Shown: positions 45,207-53,517 of the stretch, in pieces
Layout: each line of letters begins with the position of its first letter
How positions within the stretch are numbered: the stretch's first letter is position 1
NCBI GenBank assembly: GCA_038214255.1
Contig: JBBQRZ010000011.1
Span: forward strand, 12,254-76,253
Reading direction: 5' to 3'
Length of the DNA: 64,000 nt
Source of the DNA: Candidatus Limnocylindrales bacterium
GTDB taxonomy: Bacteria; Chloroflexota; Limnocylindria; Limnocylindrales; CSP1-4
Program-made: the position numbers and the translations under genes
The notes under the pieces: model-generated
Database searches by the model: none
What the model saw: the letters and a program-made list of their open reading frames with translations, nothing else
Told to the model about the DNA's origin: nothing

Positions 45207-45701
45207 TCACGCCGCGGGATTCGAGGGTCGTTCGGCGAGCTCGGCCCGCTCCTTGAGCGCGCGCAGGTGGGTCTCCACCCGGGAGGCCAGCGAGGCGCGG
45301 CCGAACCGCACGAGGATCGAGGTCCAGCGGTCGATCGGCTCGAACGTCGCTGCGTGGATGACCCGTGTCCCACCCGCCACGGGTTCGAGGCGCCAGTTCC
45401 ACTCGCTCTCGAAGCCGGAGCCGGTCACGCGCAGGCGGAACGTCGCTTCGGGACGAGCCTCGAGGCTCTCGACGCGGACGATCTCGCGCAACAGGCCGAG
45501 TCGCGTCCGCGCCGTCCGCGTCGTGGCCGCCGCCGGCCAGGACGGCCCAGGCTGATCGAGCCGCAGCTCCGGGTAGATGGCCGCCGCGGACGAGGGATCG
45601 TGCAGCGTCCTCCAGACGGTTCGCGGCGGGGCCTGGACGAACACGCGCCGCTCGACGAGCCCGTCGGCGCGTCGATGGTCGCCGGGACGTCGATATCCCA
45701 C
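45207..45701 (-). CDS. SRPBCC family protein
   Basis: VERRVFVQAPPRTVWRTLHDPS is a typical START/SRPBCC N-terminus. I prefer the GTG at 45699-45701 because the track's ATG at 45782 overlaps the upstream gene by 55 nt. Confidence 0.7.
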   Translation of the reverse strand: MGYRRPGDHRRADGLVERRVFVQAPPRTVWRTLHDPSSAAAIYPELRLDQPGPSWPAAATTRTARTRLGLLREIVRVESLEARPEATFRLRVTGSGFESEWNWRLEPVAGGTRVIHAATFEPIDRWTSILVRFGRASLASRVETHLRALKERAELAERPSNPAA

Positions 45702-45727
45702 CTCGGGATCGGGGCGGACCGCCAACG

Positions 45728-46696
45728 TCAGACGCCGATCGGGTGCCAGACCGTCTTCATCTCGAGGAAGGCGGCGATCCATTCTGGTCGCTCGGCGGCT
45801 CGGTCGTCGAGCCAGTCGAAGCGGGCTTCGTCGACCGTGGTCGGGCGACGGGACAGGCGCTTGATGTCATCGGCGGCCAGGAGCTCGATGTCCAGGCGCA
45901 TGGCGTCGGGGACGCCCCAGGTGTCGAGCGCGTCGACGTCGACATGCCCGGCGAGCACCGACACGAGCTCGGCCTTTCGGCCGGTCAGGATGTTGACGAC
46001 GCCGCCCGGCACGTCCGAGGTCGCGAGGACTTCGCTCAGGGTCACGGCCGGGAGCGGCCGCGACTCCGACGCGATCAGCACGACCGCGTTGCCGCTCACG
46101 AGCGGCGGCGCAAGCCTGGATACGAGGCCCAGGAGCGAGGAGGTCTCGGGCGCGACGATCCCGACGACGCCGGTCGGCTCGGGGATCGTGAAGTTGAAGT
46201 ACGGCGCGGCGACCGGGTTGCTGCTGCCGAGGATCTGGGCGATCTTGTCGGCCCAGCCGGCGTACCAGACCCAGCGGTCGATGGCGCGATCCACCGCTTC
46301 GCGAGCGCGGATGTCCGTCAGCCCCTCCGCGGCGCCGACCTCCGCGCTGAACTGGTCGCGCCGGCCTTCCATGAGCTCCGCGACCCGGTACAGGACCTGG
46401 CCGCGGTTCATCGCGGTCTTGGCAGCCCAGCCCTCGACCGACTGTCGTGCGGACCGGACTGCCTCGCGCACGTCCTTGCGCGAGGCCCGGCAGGCGTTCG
46501 CGAGGGGCGTGCCATCGTCCGCCGAGACGAGGTACGAGCGACCCGATTCCGAGCGCGGAAAGGCACCCCCGATGTAGAGCTTGTAGGTCTTGCGAACCTC
46601 GATCCGGGCGGGCGAGGCGACCGCCGCGGAAGGACGAGCGATCGCGTTCTTCGCCGGGCCCCGGGTGCGGGCCGGGACCCGGGCCGACCGCGCCAT
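45728..46696 (-). CDS. aldehyde-dehydrogenase-like protein lacking the catalytic domain (322 aa)
   Basis: The ATG at 46694-46696 overlaps the upstream ALDH stop by 1 nt. It has an ALDH N-terminal and NAD-binding-like region (YKLYIGG, AGWADKI, GVVNILTG, HVDVDAL) and an ALDH-like C-terminal tail (FLEMKTVW). I saw no ELGGK or catalytic Cys block. Confidence 0.75.
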   Translation of the reverse strand: MARSARVPARTRGPAKNAIARPSAAVASPARIEVRKTYKLYIGGAFPRSESGRSYLVSADDGTPLANACRASRKDVREAVRSARQSVEGWAAKTAMNRGQVLYRVAELMEGRRDQFSAEVGAAEGLTDIRAREAVDRAIDRWVWYAGWADKIAQILGSSNPVAAPYFNFTIPEPTGVVGIVAPETSSLLGLVSRLAPPLVSGNAVVLIASESRPLPAVTLSEVLATSDVPGGVVNILTGRKAELVSVLAGHVDVDALDTWGVPDAMRLDIELLAADDIKRLSRRPTTVDEARFDWLDDRAAERPEWIAAFLEMKTVWHPIGV

Positions 46697-48219
46697 CAGC
46701 GGTCCTCCAGGCACACGTAGGCATGCAGCCCGTGCATCCCGCCCTCGCGGCCGAACCCGGACTCCTTGTACCCGCCGAACGGCGACGTGGGATCGAAGCG
46801 ATTGAAGGTGTTCGCCCAGACGACCCCGGCCTTCATCCGCGAGACCATCTCGAGGATCCGGCTGCCCTTGTCGGTCCAGACCCCGGCCGAGAGCCCGTAG
46901 GGAGTGTTGTTCGCCTTCTCGACCGCCTCGTCCGGGGTGCGGAACGTGAGCACGGAGAGGACCGGGCCGAAGATCTCCTCCCGCGCGATGCGATGGCTCT
47001 GGGCGACGTTGGTGAACAGCGTCGGGCGGAAGAAGTAGCCGCGCTCGGGCAGGTCGCAGGCGGGCTGGTACAGCTCGGCACCCTCGTCCACGCCGCTCTG
47101 AACGAGCTCGGTGATCTTCTCGAGCTGGCTCTTCGAGTTGATCGCCCCGACATCGGTGTTCTTGTCGAGCGGGTCGCCGACGCGGATCGTCGCGAGTCGA
47201 TCCTTGAGCTTGGCGATGAGCGTCTCGGCGATCGACTCCTGGACAAGCAGGCGCGATCCGGCGCAACAGACCTCCCCCTGGTTGAAATAGATGCCGTTGA
47301 CGATGCCCTCGACGGCCTGGTCGAGCGGAGCGTCGTCGAACACGATGTTCGCGGCCTTGCCGCCGAGCTCGAGGGTGAGCGCCTTGTCCGTGCCGGCCAC
47401 GCCGCGGAAGATCTTGCGCCCGATCTCGGTCGAGCCGGTGAATGCGACCTTGTCGACGTCCGGGTGGGTCACGAGGTTCATCCCGACCTCGCCGGGGCCA
47501 GGGACGATGTTGACGGTGCCCGGCGGCAGGTCGGCCTGGACGCAGACGTCGCTGAACAGGAGCGCCGACAGCGGCGTCGTGGACGCGGGCTTGAGGACGA
47601 CGGTGTTGCCCGCGGCGAGCGCCGGCGCGATCTTCCAGGCGAGCATCAGCAGCGGGAAGTTCCACGGGATGATCTGGGCCGCGACGCCCAGCGGGCGGGC
47701 GATGCGCCCCGGAAACGCGTAGTCGAGCTTGTCGGCCCAGCCGGCGTAATACCAGAAGTGGCTGGCCGCGAGAGGAACGTCGACGTCGCGGCCCTCCTTG
47801 ATCGGCTTGCCCGAGTCCATCGACTCGAGGACCGCGAACTCGCGGCTGCGCTCCTGGAGGATCCGCGAGATCCGGAAGAGGTACTTCGCCCGTTCCTTGC
47901 CGGCCAGCTGGCCCCACGAACGACGCTGGGCTCGGCGCGCGGCTCGGACCGCCTTGTCGACATCGGCCGCGGTCGCGCGGGCCACCTCGGCCAGCGGCTG
48001 CTCCGTGGACGGATCGATCGACGTGAAAGTCGCCCCGTCGGCGGACGGAACCTCGCGGCCATTGATGAACAGGCCGTACCGATCCTTGAGGCGGACGATG
48101 TCGCGGGCCTCTGGGGCGGGCGCGTACTCCCACGGGATGGCCTGGCCGTCGCCTAGACCCCAGCTCGAGGCCGTGCCGTTCGTGGCGGTGACGATGGTGG
48201 CGTCCGTGCGGGTGACCAT
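46696..48219 (-). CDS. NAD(P)-dependent aldehyde dehydrogenase (full length, 507 aa)
   Basis: Blocks IIPWNFPLLM, FTGSTEIGRKI, LELGGKAANIV, the catalytic Cys in NQGEVCCAGSR, and EEIFGPV match the family. Confidence 0.9.
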   Translation of the reverse strand: MVTRTDATIVTATNGTASSWGLGDGQAIPWEYAPAPEARDIVRLKDRYGLFINGREVPSADGATFTSIDPSTEQPLAEVARATAADVDKAVRAARRAQRRSWGQLAGKERAKYLFRISRILQERSREFAVLESMDSGKPIKEGRDVDVPLAASHFWYYAGWADKLDYAFPGRIARPLGVAAQIIPWNFPLLMLAWKIAPALAAGNTVVLKPASTTPLSALLFSDVCVQADLPPGTVNIVPGPGEVGMNLVTHPDVDKVAFTGSTEIGRKIFRGVAGTDKALTLELGGKAANIVFDDAPLDQAVEGIVNGIYFNQGEVCCAGSRLLVQESIAETLIAKLKDRLATIRVGDPLDKNTDVGAINSKSQLEKITELVQSGVDEGAELYQPACDLPERGYFFRPTLFTNVAQSHRIAREEIFGPVLSVLTFRTPDEAVEKANNTPYGLSAGVWTDKGSRILEMVSRMKAGVVWANTFNRFDPTSPFGGYKESGFGREGGMHGLHAYVCLEDR

Positions 48220-48281
48220 GCTTCGCCATTATGGCACCGGGTACCGGCCGACCCGCTCCGCCGCGTGGTCCGCCCCGGCGC

Positions 48282-49241
48282 TCAGCAGACGAAGGCCAGG
48301 ACCGGGTGCGCGAGTTCGCAGTAGCGGATATGGAGATGGTCGTCGTGGCCCGCGTGCCATCGGACCAGGCCCTCGCGGATGAGCACCGGGTCGTTGAACC
48401 AGATGAGCTTGACGTGGCGCGGGGCCGTGGCCCGGATGGCCGTGATGAGGTCGCGGGTTGCGGCGCGGTCGTAGGCCGTGGACCGCCAGTTCGCCGGCCA
48501 GCGGCACTCGTTCTCGGCCCGCCGCATCGGCCGCACATCGATCTCGAGGCCATGCTCGTGAAAGACGTGCCCGGCGATGTCACCCCCGTGCTCGAGGCTG
48601 ATGTCGCCGATCGCGATCCGGCCGTGGCCCTCGGCCCGCATTGCCAGGCCGGCCGCCTCGATCCCGCCGATGGCGGCTCCCGTGCCCCAGTTCGCCGGCC
48701 CGTTGCCGACGCTGTAGTCGCACAGCCAGCGGCTCCAGGTCGGCGTCTCGAGATGGGAGACGAGGGCTCGCCACGTCGTCAGCGAGGCGATCCCGGTCAC
48801 CGCCAGGCCGGCATGGCGCTGGAAGGCACGCACCGCCGCGGTCGTCGTCGCGCCGTACACGCCGTCGACCACGAGGCCGACCCGGCGTTTCTCGTCGAGC
48901 TCGCGCTGGAGCGCCTTGACCGCCTCGCCGCTCGTCCCGGGTGCCATCTGAACGCGCAGCGCCGTCCAGGTGGTCGTCCCGACGACGCCGTCGATCGGCA
49001 GCCCATGAGCGGCCTGGAACACCTTGACCGCCACGACCGTGGACGTTCCGAAGATCCCATCGACCGCGATCGTCGCCCCGCGCTGGCGAAGCAGCCCCTG
49101 GATGGCGCGGACGGTCGATCCGCGGTCCCCGCGACTCTGGTTCGGGTACTGCACCGAAAGGGCGGCGACGGTCGTTGCGGTCGCCCCGACCAACAGGACG
49201 GCAAGGCCGATCGAGGCGAGGACGCCGCGGCGGGAACGCAC
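48282..49241 (-). CDS. secreted peptidoglycan endopeptidase: two PG_binding_1 repeats plus a MepA-like (LAS/M74) metallopeptidase domain
   Basis: The GTG at 49239-49241 opens a signal-like N-terminus (RRGVLASIGLAVLLVGATA). The PG-binding repeats are VRAIQGLLRQRG...DGIFGTST and VKALQRELD...DGVYGATT. The metal motifs are HEHGLEIDV and GHDDHLHIRY. Confidence 0.75.
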   Translation of the reverse strand: MRSRRGVLASIGLAVLLVGATATTVAALSVQYPNQSRGDRGSTVRAIQGLLRQRGATIAVDGIFGTSTVVAVKVFQAAHGLPIDGVVGTTTWTALRVQMAPGTSGEAVKALQRELDEKRRVGLVVDGVYGATTTAAVRAFQRHAGLAVTGIASLTTWRALVSHLETPTWSRWLCDYSVGNGPANWGTGAAIGGIEAAGLAMRAEGHGRIAIGDISLEHGGDIAGHVFHEHGLEIDVRPMRRAENECRWPANWRSTAYDRAATRDLITAIRATAPRHVKLIWFNDPVLIREGLVRWHAGHDDHLHIRYCELAHPVLAFVC

Positions 49242-49310
49242 GGCCGTCAGGGTAGCGGGTCGTGAACGAGCTCTGCCGCTCGCGGAAGGTCGTGGAGTAG
49301 CCTGCGGGGG

Positions 49311-50039
49311 ATGGAGCGTCTGTCCGGCGCGGAGGAGCTGCTCGACGGCCCGCTCGACCAGCGAGCGGAGCTCGTGGGGAACCTGCGCGACCTGCGCCGG
49401 GTGAATCGCTACCTGGGCGGCCTTGCCCTCTCCGCGCAGGGGCTCGACCTGTTCGCCGACGGGCGATCCGAGCTGACCCTGTTGGACGTCGGCACGGGCG
49501 GTGCCGATATCCCGGTGGCGCTGATCCGAGCCTGGCGGCGCGACGGGCGGCGCCTTCACGTCGTCGGTGTCGACAGCCGGCCCGAGGTCCTCGCTGCGGC
49601 GCTCGTCGCGGACCGCGGCATCCGGGCGATCGAGGAGCTGGAGCTCCGGGTTGGTGACGGGCGGGCACTCCCCTACCCGGACCAGACGTTCGACGTGGCC
49701 CACGTCTCGCTCGTCATCCACCACCTGGAGCCGGACGAGGCCGTCGCGCTCTTGCGCGAGTTAGAGCGAGTCGCGCGCCTGGGGGTCATCGTCAACGACC
49801 TGGCGCGCGGCCGCCTCGCGCTCCTCGGTGCCTGGCTCCTCTCGCACGCGCTCACGGCCAATCCGTTCACGCGGCACGACGCGCCGATGTCCGTGCGTCG
49901 CGCCTACTCCCTCGACGAGATCGTCGCGCTGCTCGGCGCTGCCGGCCTTCGCGAGATCGCCCGCCGGCGCGGGCCGTTCGGGCATCGATGGGCCGTCGTG
50001 GCGGTTCCGAGCGAAGCGCGCGTCGGGATGCCGGAATGA
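49311..50039 (+). CDS. SAM-dependent methyltransferase (first gene of a 5-gene operon)
   Basis: The N-terminal block is NLRDLRRVNRYLGG, motif I is LLDVGTGGADI, and FDVAHVSLVIHHL follows. Confidence 0.75.
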   Translation: MERLSGAEELLDGPLDQRAELVGNLRDLRRVNRYLGGLALSAQGLDLFADGRSELTLLDVGTGGADIPVALIRAWRRDGRRLHVVGVDSRPEVLAAALVADRGIRAIEELELRVGDGRALPYPDQTFDVAHVSLVIHHLEPDEAVALLRELERVARLGVIVNDLARGRLALLGAWLLSHALTANPFTRHDAPMSVRRAYSLDEIVALLGAAGLREIARRRGPFGHRWAVVAVPSEARVGMPE

Positions 50040-51304
50040 CGTCGGCCGCCGTACCGACCGCTGGCAAGGCCGCCGGCCCAGCCGACGTCGATGTCGACGT
50101 CGCGATCGTCGGCGCGGGCCCGGCCGGCGCCGTCCTGGCCGCACGGCTGGCGCGTGGCGGCGTTCGCGTCGTCGTCCTGGAGCGGTCGTCGGCCTGGCAC
50201 TGGCGGGCGAGCGGCGTGTTCGCGTCACCCGCCGCCGTCGACGCGCTGCGAAGGGCGGGACTCGACGAGGCGGCGATCGCGCGGGTCGCGCGCCCGATCC
50301 CGGCGATGCGCCTCGAGACCCCGGGCGGTGCCGTCGTCCGCCTCACCTACGGGGCCGAAGCCGGTGGTCCACCGGCGGTCGGGCTGGACCGGTCGCGGCT
50401 CGATCCAGCGCTTGTGGACCTGGCCCGCGCCGCGGGCGCGGAGGTGCGGCTCGGTCACACGGTCGACGCTGTGCGACTCCGGGGCGAGGGCGAGAAGCGG
50501 GCGCATCCGCGACTCCGCACCCGGTCGGCCGATGGCGAATCGGAGATTAGGGCCCGCGTCGTCGTCGGAGCCGATGGGGCGCATTCGATCGTGGCTCGCG
50601 CCGCGGGTGTGCTACGCCCGACGCGGCTCCCGCCACGGATCGGCCTGAGCTACCACCTGCCCGACAGCCGCACCGACGAGCCGCTCGACGCCCGGATGCG
50701 GGTCCTGCGCGACGGGTACGTCGGGATCGCCCCCATCCCCGGCGGTCGAGTCAACGTCGGGATCGTGCTGGGGCCCACATGGAGGGCTGACCTCCTCCGC
50801 GACGGAGCCGCGCGCACCGCGGCCGCGATCGTAGCGGGCATCCCACCCGCCACCAACGACGCGGCGGCGTGGCGCGACGCGTCGCAATGTGAGCCGATCG
50901 CCGGGACCTCGCCGCTGGGCGGCCGCGCCACGCGCCGTGCGGGCCCGAACTGGCTCCTCGCCGGGGACGCGGCTGGGTTCCTCGATCCATTCACGGGTGA
51001 GGGGCTCCACCGCGCCCTCGTGTCCACCGAGCTCGCGGCGGCCGCGGTCCCGGGACTGCTCCGCGGCGACGCGCGCGCCGCCGCGGCCTACGAGCGCGCG
51101 ATGCGCCGCCGGTTCGCGGCGAAGGATGTCGTGTCCTGGCTGGTGCAGGGATTCCTCGCCCGCCCGGCCGCGTTCGAATATGCGGCTCGACGGCTCGTCG
51201 CGCGGGCAGACGTCCGTGCGACCATGGGTCTCGTGATGGGCGACCTCGTCCCCGCCAGTCGGGCCCTGGATCCGCGCTTCCTCGTCGCGCTGCTCGCGCC
51301 ATGA
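50036..51304 (+). CDS. FAD-dependent oxidoreductase (geranylgeranyl-reductase / aromatic-hydroxylase-like)
   Basis: The ATG overlaps the upstream stop (ATGA). The dinucleotide fold is DVAIVGAGPAGAVLAARLARGGVRVVVLER, followed by VVGADGAHS and LAGDAAGFLDPFTGEG. Confidence 0.8.
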   Translation: MTSAAVPTAGKAAGPADVDVDVAIVGAGPAGAVLAARLARGGVRVVVLERSSAWHWRASGVFASPAAVDALRRAGLDEAAIARVARPIPAMRLETPGGAVVRLTYGAEAGGPPAVGLDRSRLDPALVDLARAAGAEVRLGHTVDAVRLRGEGEKRAHPRLRTRSADGESEIRARVVVGADGAHSIVARAAGVLRPTRLPPRIGLSYHLPDSRTDEPLDARMRVLRDGYVGIAPIPGGRVNVGIVLGPTWRADLLRDGAARTAAAIVAGIPPATNDAAAWRDASQCEPIAGTSPLGGRATRRAGPNWLLAGDAAGFLDPFTGEGLHRALVSTELAAAAVPGLLRGDARAAAAYERAMRRRFAAKDVVSWLVQGFLARPAAFEYAARRLVARADVRATMGLVMGDLVPASRALDPRFLVALLAP

Positions 51305-51759
51305 CCGACGACGAGGGCGTGGTGGCCCAGTCGCCGGTCGATCGCACGCGGGTGGCGGCATATGCGCTCGTCCGCGACGAGGCCGGCCGGGTCCTGCTCT
51401 GCCACATCGCGCCGTCCGTTGGCGTGGGAGACATCTGGACCCTGCCCGGCGGCGGCGTGGACTTCGGGGAGTCGCCGGCCCAGGCCGTCCTCCGCGAGCT
51501 CGCCGAGGAGACCGGCCTCAGCGGGCAGCTCCGGGAATTGCGCGAGGTCAGCGACCGGCTGTTCACCTCGCCCGACGGCGGCGATCGCCTGCACGCGATC
51601 CGTATCGTCTACGAGGTCGATGTCGATGGCGGGGACCTGCGCGACGAGTCCGAGGGATCCACCGATACGTGTCGCTGGGTCGCCCTCGACGAGGCAACCG
51701 CATTGCCGCTCGGCGAGCTCGCTCGACGGACGATCGCCGCGCTCGATCAACCGGCCTGA
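51301..51759 (+). CDS. NUDIX hydrolase
   Basis: The ATG overlaps the upstream stop (ATGA). The Nudix box is GGGVDFGESPAQAVLRELAEETGL. Confidence 0.85.
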   Translation: MTDDEGVVAQSPVDRTRVAAYALVRDEAGRVLLCHIAPSVGVGDIWTLPGGGVDFGESPAQAVLRELAEETGLSGQLRELREVSDRLFTSPDGGDRLHAIRIVYEVDVDGGDLRDESEGSTDTCRWVALDEATALPLGELARRTIAALDQPA

Positions 51760-51772
51760 GGCGGGCGACCGG

Positions 51773-52258
51773 ATGGATAGCGAGATCGCGATCGACATCG
51801 CCGCCCCGCCGGCCCTCGTCTTCGCCCTGGCGCGGGACGTCGAGCGCTGGTCGACCCTGCTCCCCCACTACGCCCGTTCCGCCGTCGTCGACCGTGCGGC
51901 CGACGGCGCGGTTGCCGCGGACTTCATCGCGCGGCGGCCACTCCTCCCGTGGCTCGGACTCGGACTCCCCGTCGCCTGGCGCGCCCGGACCTGGAACGAT
52001 CCCGCCGCGCTACGCCTGCGGTTTCGCCACATCGCCGGCGCGACCCGTGGCATGGATGTCACCTGGCGGATCGAGCCAGCGAGGGCCGGCTGTCGCGTCG
52101 TCATCGAGCACCGGTTTGCTTCGCGCCTGCCCGGCTTCGCCGCATTCGTGGATCGCGCGTTCACGCGACCGATCGCGGGGCGGACACTGGCGACGTTCAA
52201 GGCGCTCGCCGAGAGCGTGCAGTCCGCCGTGGCCCCGCCGACGAATCCAGGGACATGA
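51773..52258 (+). CDS. SRPBCC (polyketide cyclase/dehydrase-like) family protein
   Basis: The internal ATG at 51773 begins MDSEIAIDIAAPPALVFALARDVERWSTLLPHY. The upstream part of the track ORF is a shadow of the NUDIX gene. Confidence 0.75.
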   Translation: MDSEIAIDIAAPPALVFALARDVERWSTLLPHYARSAVVDRAADGAVAADFIARRPLLPWLGLGLPVAWRARTWNDPAALRLRFRHIAGATRGMDVTWRIEPARAGCRVVIEHRFASRLPGFAAFVDRAFTRPIAGRTLATFKALAESVQSAVAPPTNPGT

Positions 52259-53517
52259 GCGGGCGGCGGCGGATCTGGATCACCGGGATCGGGGTGCTGA
52301 CCGCGATCGGCACGGGGCTGCCGGCGTTCCGGGCGGGTCTGCGTGCGGGACGCTCCCCGGTGACCCGGATCGACCGCTTCGATCCGTCCGCGTTCCGCTC
52401 CCAGGTCGCGGCGCAGGTCGACGACTTCGACCCGCTCGCCTGGATGCCGCCGAAGACCGCCCGGCAGCTCGACCGGTTCAGCCAGTTCGGGATGGTCGCC
52501 GGCCGGCTCGCACTCGACGACGCCGGCCTCGTACCCGGAGCGCCGGGCGCGCCGAGCCCCGAGCGGATCGGGATCTACCTCGGGTCGGCGCTGGGCGGCA
52601 TCGCGTACGCCGAGGAGCAGCACGAGCGCTATCTCGCGAAGGGCATCCGCCAGGTCGCCCCGAACCTCGCCCTCGCGGTGTTCGGCGGCGCGGCGCCGGC
52701 CAACCTCGGGATCGCGCTCGATGTTCGCGGCCCGATCCTCTCGACGGCCAACTCCTGCGCGTCAGGGGCCGTGGCGCTTGGGGAGGCCCTCGGGGACCTG
52801 CGCGAGGGCCGGGTGGACGCCGCCATCGCCGGTGGCTGCGAGATCCCGCTCTCGCCGCTCGCGTTCGGGGCCTTCGACATCATCCGCGCCCTGTCCGCCG
52901 GCCATAACGACTCGCCCGGGACCGCCGCCCGGCCGTTCGATGTCGGGCGCGACGGGTTCGTCATGGGCGAAGGCGCGGCGCTGCTCATCCTCGAGGACGC
53001 CGAGGCCGCGTCGCGCCGCGGCGCAATGCCGTACGCGGAGCTGCTGGGCTATGGCGCGACCTCCGACGCACACCACATGGTCCAGCCACGCGCCGACGGC
53101 CGGGAGGCCGCTCGGGCGGCGTCGATCGCGCTCGACGACGCCGCGGTCGAACCCGGGGCGGTCGACTACGTGAACGCGCACGCGAGCTCGACCCCGATCG
53201 GCGATGTCGCCGAGGCCCGGGCGATCGTGACGGCCCTGGGCGAGCGCGCGGCGACCGTGCCGGTAAGCGGCACCAAGGCGCTCTACGGCCATCCGCTCGG
53301 CGCCTCGGGAGCCATCGAGGCCGCGATCTGCGCCCTGGCCATCGCCGACGGCTGGGCGCCCCCTTCGGTCAACCTGGCCGAACCCGACCCGGAGTCGGCG
53401 GCGCTCCTGCCCGGCCTCCTTCGCGAGGGCCGAGACGGCACCTACCGACGGGTGCTGAGCACCTCGTTCGGCTTCGGCGGCCTCAACGCCGCGCTGGTGT
53501 TCGGCGCGGCCGACTGA
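52255..53517 (+). CDS. beta-ketoacyl synthase family protein (FabF/KAS II-like)
   Basis: The ATG overlaps the upstream stop (ATGA). The Cys-His-His triad contexts are STANSCASGAVALG, VNAHASSTPIGD and KALYGHPLGASG. The C-terminus is SFGFGGLNAALVF. Confidence 0.9.
   Translation: MSGRRRIWITGIGVLTAIGTGLPAFRAGLRAGRSPVTRIDRFDPSAFRSQVAAQVDDFDPLAWMPPKTARQLDRFSQFGMVAGRLALDDAGLVPGAPGAPSPERIGIYLGSALGGIAYAEEQHERYLAKGIRQVAPNLALAVFGGAAPANLGIALDVRGPILSTANSCASGAVALGEALGDLREGRVDAAIAGGCEIPLSPLAFGAFDIIRALSAGHNDSPGTAARPFDVGRDGFVMGEGAALLILEDAEAASRRGAMPYAELLGYGATSDAHHMVQPRADGREAARAASIALDDAAVEPGAVDYVNAHASSTPIGDVAEARAIVTALGERAATVPVSGTKALYGHPLGASGAIEAAICALAIADGWAPPSVNLAEPDPESAALLPGLLREGRDGTYRRVLSTSFGFGGLNAALVFGAAD

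Noticed and set aside
45187-45214. A tandem 14-bp duplication, CGGGCGTCACGCGG / CGGGCGTCACGCCG, spans the stop codon of the SRPBCC gene.
   Set aside because: There are only two copies with 13 of 14 positions identical. This is most simply a small slippage duplication of the stop region, and no function is suggested.
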